From NCBI GenBank assembly GCA_963724105.1, contig CAVRTD010000002.1, forward strand, positions 29,650-93,649: 64,000 bases of DNA. Direction: 5' to 3'. The notes beneath the pieces were generated by a model that saw only the letters and a program-made list of their open reading frames with translations, was not told the DNA's origin and made no database searches. The position numbers and the translations under genes are program-made. Numbering within the stretch: the stretch's first letter is position 1; every line of letters begins with the position of its first letter. This document shows positions 57,933-64,000 of the stretch, one piece after another. The stretch comes from Terriglobia bacterium (GTDB lineage Bacteria; Acidobacteriota; Terriglobia; Terriglobales; Acidobacteriaceae).

Positions 57933-58472
57933 TCAGGCCACGGAAACGTTTTGAAAATGTTGCTCAGGCGCGGGCAAGGGAACGTACCCACCGAGATCGA
58001 CAACGACGGAACTGCGAACGACTTCAATCGATAGAACCAGCCGATGCTGATTACGGTGACTCTCAACAACGCCTTCAATCCCATCAAAAGGGCCACCAGT
58101 AATCCGCACTCTGGAACCAATCTCTGCATACTCGCACGGTTGCATCTGGTATCCAGACTTGACAGCTGATTGAATTGCGCTGATTTCGTGGTCAGGGATG
58201 ATAGCTGGAGATTTAGCAGTACCGAGAATACGTATGACGCCTGGGGTCAACAGGATGGGACCGCTACCCATAGCCTTGATGCGACAAAATACATATCCGG
58301 CAAATAATGGAAGCTGTATTTCCTTCCATCGATCAGACCAGCGCCTGCGTACAACATAAGAAGGAGCAAATGTCTCGTAATTCTTTTCCGACAGGAGTCG
58401 CGCAGCAGTGAATTCATGCTGGTACCGTACGTAGATCGCACACCATGCGCTGTCATACTGGCTGAGGTCCAT
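57933..58472 (-). CDS. specialised NusG paralogue (RfaH/LoaP/UpxY-like antiterminator), first gene of the operon
   Basis: Start MDLSQYDSAW with a strong RBS GAAGGAG. The NGN-like N-terminus is WCAIYVRYQHEFTAARLLSEKNYETFAP. The KOW motif is IGSRVRITGGPFDGIEGVVES. Confidence 0.8.
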   Translation of the reverse strand: MDLSQYDSAWCAIYVRYQHEFTAARLLSEKNYETFAPSYVVRRRWSDRWKEIQLPLFAGYVFCRIKAMGSGPILLTPGVIRILGTAKSPAIIPDHEISAIQSAVKSGYQMQPCEYAEIGSRVRITGGPFDGIEGVVESHRNQHRLVLSIEVVRSSVVVDLGGYVPLPAPEQHFQNVSVA

Positions 58473-58921
58473 ACCGTCTCCTTCGGTCAACGTGAGTTTG
58501 CCGATACAGATGAATCGCACACTCTTCACCTCAAGCGGATGGAAAACAGCAGGACGTAATCTTTGTATAGAGGTGTGAGGGAGCCACCGGTTGCGGCAAG
58601 GCAGGCTGCCGCCATTTTGAGTCCCAACTTCTTACTCATTCACTAACCCTTACCGGGCCAGTCACAGTGAGAATTAGCAATGCCATTGCCAAAGCATGCG
58701 TTCTATGAAGAACCGTGCTTTCCATTGTGCATTTTGATTCACAATGATTATGTTTGTGATGGTGATTCCCACTTTGAAATTATGGATCCGCTGCTCGTTC
58801 CGCTTTTAGTTGGAGTTCAACGACTATCATTTCCATTCTGGTTGACGATTGCTGCGGTGCCGGACAGGAACAACCGTAAAGGTGGCAAATTTAATTTTGT
58901 CCGACTTATCCTCAGCCAGGC

Positions 58922-58957
58922 ACGACTAAGGTGTCCGCCAGCGGAAAAATATGTCCA
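58922..58957. promoter_or_regulatory. tandem palindromes TGTCC-N6-GGA(A/C)A spaced 20 bp apart, in the long region upstream of the NusG-led operon
   Basis: TGTCCGCCAGCGGAAA (58922-58937) and TGTCCAGCGGTGGACA (58942-58957). The 3' part GTCCAGCGGTGGACACCTTT is repeated exactly at 63739-63758. Confidence 0.4.
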
Positions 58958-59068
58958 GCGGTGGACACCTTTCGGCGGCAATCGTGAGAGAAAGACCTTT
59001 GAATGGAAGCCGCCCGGGGTAAGATCGCATTAGAAGCTGCCGGTGGAGCGCGGTCCCGTGTAAAAGAA

Positions 59069-60331
59069 CTATTGGATGGGGGTTGACGGCGTGAATTTTG
59101 GAACCATAATCACGATGTCATATCCAAAAATAAGCCGCTCCAGCTCTTCATCAACTGGGCCAAGCGCTTTAAATCTCCGGCGAAGGCCGCGAAGATCGTA
59201 GAGAGTCCAGCCTTCCGGCAATCGATGGTCCACCAGCGGCTTAATGAAAGAAACCGCAGAACTTGTATCCTGTACCAGATCAAAATTCTCCAGTTGCGGT
59301 GGCTGGCCGGGCGCACCAAAACTGATCTCTGCTCCCTTCACTCCAATGATGTTGATATGAAGAGAGGTGGAATGATGGCCTTCTGCCAATTCAGCCACAA
59401 AATTGCCCAGATCGTCGTTATGTAGAGGATTAATCCCCTTATAAAGGTGGGCGGAGCCAAACTTGAGCAAGACTTTGGCGGGTTTTCCCTCAGCCCGCGT
59501 CTGGTCATCATAATAACGGGCGAACAACGCCTTCATCATTAGCGCCCGCTGAAGGTTGGAATCATAAGCTTCACCCTGCAGATATTTGTGGTAGATATCG
59601 CGGCTTTCGATGAAGGCATTCAGAATGGCTTGCGAAGCCGGATTCCCTTCCCGAGCCACCGAGTTCTTAAGTTCCAGAATCTCGCTGTCCGGCACAGACA
59701 GCATAAAAATATCGTTCACTTTCCCCGAAGCCACGGTCCGCGCATAGGCTTGATCATTTTCGCGGAACATCTGGCGTATTTTGGCAGCCGCCGCCTTGCC
59801 GGGATGAGAATTCAAGAGGCTCTGTAGCAAAAACCTGGACTCTCCGTAAAACTCCTGATCAAGCCCCCATATATGGAATTTTTCATTTTCCGCAGTATGG
59901 CTGCAATGGGCCAACAGATCTGTTTCCTCCTGAAGACGATAGAATGGGAGGGCGTCTGGAAATTCTTTCTGAAACTCAGCAACCTGGTGGCGTGAATCCG
60001 TGGAGCGGGCCCACTTCTCTAATTGGCCGGCCATCATTGGGCCGGTTTCAATTGCCATGGAATGAAACCCTTGCGGAACGGCAAGGTCACATATTGCAGA
60101 AGAGAACTCGGGGGTTTCCGCATTGCCGTGTTGTTCACCGATGAGCACAAACTGGGCGGAGGCAATGGCCTTGCGCAGAACCTCAGCTCCTGCGCCAGAT
60201 AAATGCCCATCCTTCAGGTTGAGATCATAGCGGTTCTCAAGAAGTTGTTTTCCGAGTTGTTCCTGCGCCAACATACATCCAAGGCCGGCAATTCCTAGAA
60301 ATACCACAGCCGCCAGTTTGGTGATCACCAA
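59069..60331 (-). CDS. secreted Tiki/ChaN/erythromycin-esterase-superfamily-like protein
   Basis: 420 aa with a signal peptide (AAVVFLGIAGLGCMLAQ). FVLIGEQHGNAETPEFSSAICDLAVPQGFHSMAIETG resembles the GE.H(G)..E...Gf...E N-terminal signature of that superfamily (recalled from memory). The gene follows lanKC by 80 nt. Confidence 0.45.
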   Translation of the reverse strand: MVITKLAAVVFLGIAGLGCMLAQEQLGKQLLENRYDLNLKDGHLSGAGAEVLRKAIASAQFVLIGEQHGNAETPEFSSAICDLAVPQGFHSMAIETGPMMAGQLEKWARSTDSRHQVAEFQKEFPDALPFYRLQEETDLLAHCSHTAENEKFHIWGLDQEFYGESRFLLQSLLNSHPGKAAAAKIRQMFRENDQAYARTVASGKVNDIFMLSVPDSEILELKNSVAREGNPASQAILNAFIESRDIYHKYLQGEAYDSNLQRALMMKALFARYYDDQTRAEGKPAKVLLKFGSAHLYKGINPLHNDDLGNFVAELAEGHHSTSLHINIIGVKGAEISFGAPGQPPQLENFDLVQDTSSAVSFIKPLVDHRLPEGWTLYDLRGLRRRFKALGPVDEELERLIFGYDIVIMVPKFTPSTPIQ

Positions 60332-60411
60332 TATCGTCCTCAGTTCGCAAGATAGCCAGTTCAGCGGGGATAACGGCCACCCTGGTCATCTCGAAAGGCA
60401 CGAAGCCCAGA

Positions 60412-63111
60412 TCAGGATCCGACGTGCATTGCAACCAGCGCCTGTTCTTCTTCCGAGAATAAAGTACCATCTCTTGCAAACAAGGAGTCAAGCATAAAAT
60501 CGTTTTGCTGATTTCCAAGCAGGCGGTTAAGAAATAGAGCAATGCCTGCGCTTCCTGTACCGAAATCACATGACAGCCTGAATAGTGAATTTCCGGGAAA
60601 TGCGATTCCCTTCCGTTCCACACGGAAATTCATTATTCCCTCTGCAAGTCTGGCAGCACTTTCCCGATACCGGGAGTGTGCGGTCAGGTCGTGCATGTCG
60701 AGAAGAAACTCGCCGATGCCTGCCAGGCCAGTGAATCGTCCTGCAAAAACCGCGTATTTCCGGTCGGTATCCAGATAGATCTTATCCAAAACCTGTTCAT
60801 AGCAGGATTCACCGAGCAGTCGGTAGTAGCGCGCCGTTGCAATCCCGATTCCAGCACTCCCGTGCTGCCAGTATGGATAGACCGGCGACGTTGATCCGGT
60901 TGACATGGGCCACGTAAGTCCCGCATCTTTATTTTGCAATCCGAAACTCAGATCAAAGTCCAAAGCACGCCGCCCAACATAAAGAAAGCGCTCATTCTTT
61001 GTTGCGAGATAGAGGTAGAGCAGGAACAGAGCAATGCCGGAAGATCCGCGGGCAAGGCCGAGAGGCGCACCTTCGCGTTCACCCCAGTAGCAGCCGCGTC
61101 CGTCTTCTTTACACTGCTCGACAAGGTGATTCCCGGCTTGCACGGCGTGCGCAAGGTAAACTCTGTCGTTCGTAGCCATCCAGAAACGCAGGTCTGCCAT
61201 CCCCCACCCGGAAACGCCATGGAAGAGATCGCAAGCATCAAAAGCCAGGGGATGTGTATGGACCTGGCGCATTGCAGTCTCTGCTTCTGCCTGCAACCCC
61301 ATTTCAAGCAGACTCCATGCAATTCCAGCGAGCCCGATATACAGACCTGGAGCATATGTCCCATGCGTCAAACGCTTGTTGCTGATCCACTGCAGAACAC
61401 GGGAGGGCACGCCTCCTGTGATTTTGTGCCATGCATAAGCCACACCACATGCCCCAAAAGCGAGGCTGAGCGGGTTGGTAGCAAAGAGCCTGGCATCGGC
61501 CGGAAACAGCCTATCTTCGCGTTCATACGTTACCGTACTCTTCCAGTGGTCGACGATGCGCTCCAACACGCAAGGGTAGTTCTCCCGCCTGAGTTCATGC
61601 ACGGGCTCCACTTCGACGCTGGAATCTTCATCCATCAGGCAACCGAGACGGGCGGGTGTTGTAGGCTGACCTGGATCATGATTCATCAATCCAATAATCA
61701 TGCTTGTGATTGATCTGGGCAGTCGAGAATCCTTGCGTATCGATTCCATCAGCTCACGAATCGCTTCTCTTTTAAGTTGAATGAGGCCATTCCAGGGAAA
61801 AAGGTAGGCAAACAGGACCGCTCCAAGCGAATAGTAATCACTTTCAATGTCGGCAGGCATACCCTGGAGTCGATTCGGCGAGACGAATCCAGGAGTAAAA
61901 AGATTGGTGGGACGATCAATCTCTTTCTGGTAAGCACCTTCGAAGTCGATAAGCTTCAGGGAAGTGCCGCCGGCCAATACCATCACATTATTCGCGGAGA
62001 GATCCGCGAAGACGATGCCACGGCTATGCAATACTTCGATCATCCGGATGAGATTCAGAGAGATTTCAACAAAGGTCCGCTGCCATTCGACATAGTCTGT
62101 CTGCAAAGGCCTGGTGCGGAGCAAAATATTGTGCGCCGCGGAGTAACGGCCCAGTACCATTCCGTCAATGTATTCTTCAACTAGGAACCAATGCTCCCAA
62201 TCCTGGAAGAGATCCACGGGTTGCGGGGCTATTCCTGTATCGGCGATGACTGTGAGCAGGCGGTGTTCCTTCTTGAGCAGTTCCACCGCATCGTAACCGT
62301 CAAACGATTCATTCACGAACGGCCGGGCTTCCTTGATCACGACGGGCTGCCGGGTGAGATGGTCAAACGCCTTATACACGCCTCCGGCATTGGAAAAATC
62401 AATTACACTTTCGATCGTATAACGCCCTTGCTTAAGAGTTGGGCTGGCTTCGTTGTTGTCCGCTGGCTCGTCTGGAGCCAGTGGACCACATACCCAGTCC
62501 GGCGTAATGGGATACGGAAGCCTCTGATCGGGGACTGAACTCCCGTCAGGGGTGATAAGAACGGGAACACTCTCGCCTTTTACATTCAGCTTCTCACGGA
62601 GGCGCATTCCACCGTATCGATAGAAAACAACGCCACTATCTTTATAACGGCGATCTGAGAGAATGTAGGGCCCCTGGAATCCCTTAAGTTCTTGACGCAG
62701 GGATTCAATCAGTTCCAGAAAGCAATGGTCATTTTGAGGGTAGATGGTAATGAATTTGGAAGATCCCCCTCGAGGGAAGTTTTTGCCGTTCACAAGCTGC
62801 AATACCCGCAGATCCAGGGAAAATTTAAACGTGGTGTCCTGACGCTGGAGGAGCAGTGCGCTCACGCGATCCAGCACTTCACGCGCATTTGCCAGCGAGC
62901 TGGAAACATGTATCTTCCAACCCTGGTATGGACAGAGATTTTGTTGTGAGGAGCAAACAAACCAGAGCTGTTGCCGGCGAATCTCCCATCCCCCTGACAA
63001 CCGAGACGAGACTAGGTCATAAAAATCCTTAGTGCGCGGCACATAGTAGTCAAATGTTTCGTCATAATCGCTTTGCACCAGGCTATAAAGCCCATATGCT
63101 CTGGTTCGCAT
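60412..63111 (-). CDS. lanKC: class III lanthipeptide synthetase (lyase - kinase - Zn-ligand-less cyclase)
   Basis: The lyase motifs are QGWKIHVSS and SKFITIYP. The kinase motifs are GGVYKAF..VVIKEA, FADLSANNVMV and KLIDFEGAY. The C-terminal LanC-like repeats (GSSGIALFL, YWQHGSAGIGIA, CDFGTGSAGIALFL) lack the WC and CH zinc ligands. The probable start is MRTRAYG (63111, RBS GAAGGGA); the track gives a TTG at 63132. Confidence 0.85.
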   Translation of the reverse strand: MRTRAYGLYSLVQSDYDETFDYYVPRTKDFYDLVSSRLSGGWEIRRQQLWFVCSSQQNLCPYQGWKIHVSSSLANAREVLDRVSALLLQRQDTTFKFSLDLRVLQLVNGKNFPRGGSSKFITIYPQNDHCFLELIESLRQELKGFQGPYILSDRRYKDSGVVFYRYGGMRLREKLNVKGESVPVLITPDGSSVPDQRLPYPITPDWVCGPLAPDEPADNNEASPTLKQGRYTIESVIDFSNAGGVYKAFDHLTRQPVVIKEARPFVNESFDGYDAVELLKKEHRLLTVIADTGIAPQPVDLFQDWEHWFLVEEYIDGMVLGRYSAAHNILLRTRPLQTDYVEWQRTFVEISLNLIRMIEVLHSRGIVFADLSANNVMVLAGGTSLKLIDFEGAYQKEIDRPTNLFTPGFVSPNRLQGMPADIESDYYSLGAVLFAYLFPWNGLIQLKREAIRELMESIRKDSRLPRSITSMIIGLMNHDPGQPTTPARLGCLMDEDSSVEVEPVHELRRENYPCVLERIVDHWKSTVTYEREDRLFPADARLFATNPLSLAFGACGVAYAWHKITGGVPSRVLQWISNKRLTHGTYAPGLYIGLAGIAWSLLEMGLQAEAETAMRQVHTHPLAFDACDLFHGVSGWGMADLRFWMATNDRVYLAHAVQAGNHLVEQCKEDGRGCYWGEREGAPLGLARGSSGIALFLLYLYLATKNERFLYVGRRALDFDLSFGLQNKDAGLTWPMSTGSTSPVYPYWQHGSAGIGIATARYYRLLGESCYEQVLDKIYLDTDRKYAVFAGRFTGLAGIGEFLLDMHDLTAHSRYRESAARLAEGIMNFRVERKGIAFPGNSLFRLSCDFGTGSAGIALFLNRLLGNQQNDFMLDSLFARDGTLFSEEEQALVAMHVGS

Positions 63112-63226
63112 ACATAATCCCTTCGTGCTCAATACTTGTAGCGAATCCTAAATACAATTTTGCGGCCGGCGATCTGGCGCCGAATATTCAACCTTGCTCC
63201 TGTTTTTCATTTCCAATTCCTGCAAA

Positions 63227-63263
63227 CCGTTCCGAACGATTGCCAGCAAGAGGTTCAGAACGG
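63227..63263 (-). terminator. imperfect hairpin after the class III precursor gene (attenuator candidate)
   Basis: CCGTTC-c-GAAC ... GTTC-a-GAACGG gives 10 paired bases with one mismatch pair and a 15-nt loop. On the minus-strand RNA it starts 15 nt after the TAA and is followed by UUUGCAGG. Confidence 0.4.
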
Positions 63264-63277
63264 TCGCTAGAATCGAT

Positions 63278-63418
63278 TTACTCATGATGAAGTGGACTGG
63301 CCTCTTCTGCTTGTACCGTAGGACAAATGCCGCTCGCTGTACTCATCAACATCTCTTCTCCAGCTATAACGTCCGGGGCCCATGTGGTCAACTTTTGCAG
63401 CGCAAGGATGTTACCCAT
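63278..63418 (-). CDS. class III lanthipeptide precursor (46 aa), not in the ORF track
   Basis: Hand translation: MGNILALQKLTTWAPDVIAGEEMLMSTASGICPTVQAEEASPLHHE*. A strong RBS AGGAGAAAAATCT precedes the ATG. ILALQKL matches the class III leader ILxLQ box. STASGIC is a Ser-x-x-Ser-x-x-Cys unit. Confidence 0.75.
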   Translation of the reverse strand: MGNILALQKLTTWAPDVIAGEEMLMSTASGICPTVQAEEASPLHHE

Positions 63419-63716
63419 AGATTTTTCTCCTGATTTGAGATGCGTGAAAATGCTTTGCAGCCTACTTTTTCTGCTATGGCCAGGAGATATGCAAGAAAAT
63501 AGCCATTCTTATCGATGCAGGCATGGAGGTAGCTCAAACTACAACCGGAAATAATCATCACCCGCTGGTTACGATGCTTCAGAACCGCTCTTATCGCGCG
63601 GCAGCAGTTGGATAAAACTCGCTTCGTTCAAGCTGTTCCGTTTCGGAAAATTGCCGCAAATTTTACGAAAAGAAAAATTACCGCGAGCGTTTATTGCAGG
63701 AGGAAAGCGTTACCTC

Positions 63717-63753
63717 TGTCCGCAGGTGGACAACCAGCGTCCAGCGGTGGACA
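63717..63753. promoter_or_regulatory. tandem palindromes TGTCC-N6-GGACA / CGTCC-N6-GGACA spaced 21 bp apart, upstream of the class III precursor operon
   Basis: TGTCCGCAGGTGGACA (63717-63732) and CGTCCAGCGGTGGACA (63738-63753), about 300 nt upstream of the ATG at 63418. The layout matches 58922-58957. Confidence 0.4.
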
Positions 63754-64000
63754 CCTTTTGCCGGGCGATTTACGGTTTTTCCAGTGGACGAACAGCATTA
63801 TTCCACGGCATATTAGAGCCCGTGCACTTAAGCGAACTTCGGATCGGATGGCCTAATTGTTTTGCTGGGATAAATTGTTCAAGACTTCACAGAGTTTCAT
63901 ATCGGTAAATTTCATAAGTTACGTGGTTCTGAATTGGCCAGACAAGTGCATCATTCATGGTTTTCTGCATTCATGCATTGCGGGGCAGCCGAGCCAGTAC

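Noticed and set aside
58523-58635. 37-aa minus-strand ORF (MSKKLGLKMAAACLAATGGSLTPLYKDYVLLFSIRLR) with a weak RBS, just upstream of the NusG paralogue. It could be a leader peptide or small lipoprotein.
   Set aside because: Support is only one weak RBS, with no similarity to the other precursors (no GG leader box). It overlaps a GCGGCA/TGCCGC hairpin that may explain the open frame. I kept it as unproven.
58680-59033. 117-aa plus-strand ORF in the long region upstream of the NusG-led operon.
   Set aside because: It has no RBS and no recognisable motif, and it spans the palindromic operator pair. The region is more plausibly a promoter/leader for the minus-strand operon.
28274-63418. Looked for LanM, YcaO/cyclodehydratase, radical-SAM, LanD, LanP, LanT-only, LanFEG/LanI immunity genes and DNA-binding LanR in the island.
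   Set aside because: None of the ORFs shows the corresponding motifs: no CxxxCxxC rSAM box, no YcaO-like protein, no subtilisin triad and no HTH-bearing response regulator. Their absence is recorded, not a feature.
63327-63908. Plus-strand ORFs 63327-63554, 63608-63856 and 63651-63908.
   Set aside because: They overlap the minus-strand class III precursor or the operator-containing upstream region. They have no RBS or motifs and an unprotein-like composition.
1-64000. tRNA, rRNA, CRISPR arrays, prophage or integron structures.
   Set aside because: Intergenic regions are short. No direct-repeat/spacer arrays, cloverleaf-like segments or integrase genes were seen. A tRNA or ncRNA scan (tRNAscan-SE/Infernal) would be needed to exclude small RNAs formally.

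Overview
This 64-kb window has moderately high GC. Gene content suggests a soil Acidobacteriota-like genome, but that is inference only. No rRNA, tRNA or CRISPR array was seen.

Positions 1-28 kb are ordinary chromosome:
- secreted hypothetical proteins;
- a wHTH-AAA-TPR regulator;
- a giant FG-GAP/Ig-like surface protein;
- a DPP-IV peptidase;
- a TetR unit with two palindromic operators;
- a TolC/HlyD/DHA2-MFS efflux operon;
- a phosphoesterase;
- a MASE1-PAS histidine kinase with a receiver protein.

Two large genes in this part, a propeller lipoprotein and a multicopper oxidase, each have a broken reading frame.

Positions 28.2-63.4 kb form one large RiPP (ribosomal peptide natural product) island made of two converging gene strings.

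The plus-strand string (28274-38550) encodes:
- an NHLP/Nif11-type precursor with a 7-residue core;
- a TolC-like protein, a HlyD protein, a C39-peptidase ABC transporter and a second ABC transporter (NHLM-type export set);
- an unknown HExxH protein;
- a cNMP-binding protein.

The minus-strand string (63418 down to 38643) encodes:
- a class III LanKC with an unannotated ILxLQ-type precursor;
- a secreted Tiki/ChaN-like protein;
- a NusG paralogue;
- a split class-I-like system. It has an elimination-domain-less LanB, three SpaB_C-type paralogues, two paralogous unknown proteins and a LanC with a Cys-Cys-Gly zinc motif;
- three small Gly-Gly-leader precursors, two of them absent from the ORF track;
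- a decayed-looking IS701-type transposase gene;
- a tightly coupled signalling module: REC-adenylate cyclase, PDZ/GAF hybrid kinase, CheY, a second hybrid kinase and REC-PP2C.

RNA hairpins follow two of the precursor genes and a larger structured spacer lies between two others. A tandem TGTCC-N6-GGACA palindrome pair occurs upstream of both minus-strand operons.

The split-LanB, multi-SpaB_C, unknown-paralogue and signalling ensemble is my best candidate for an undescribed system.
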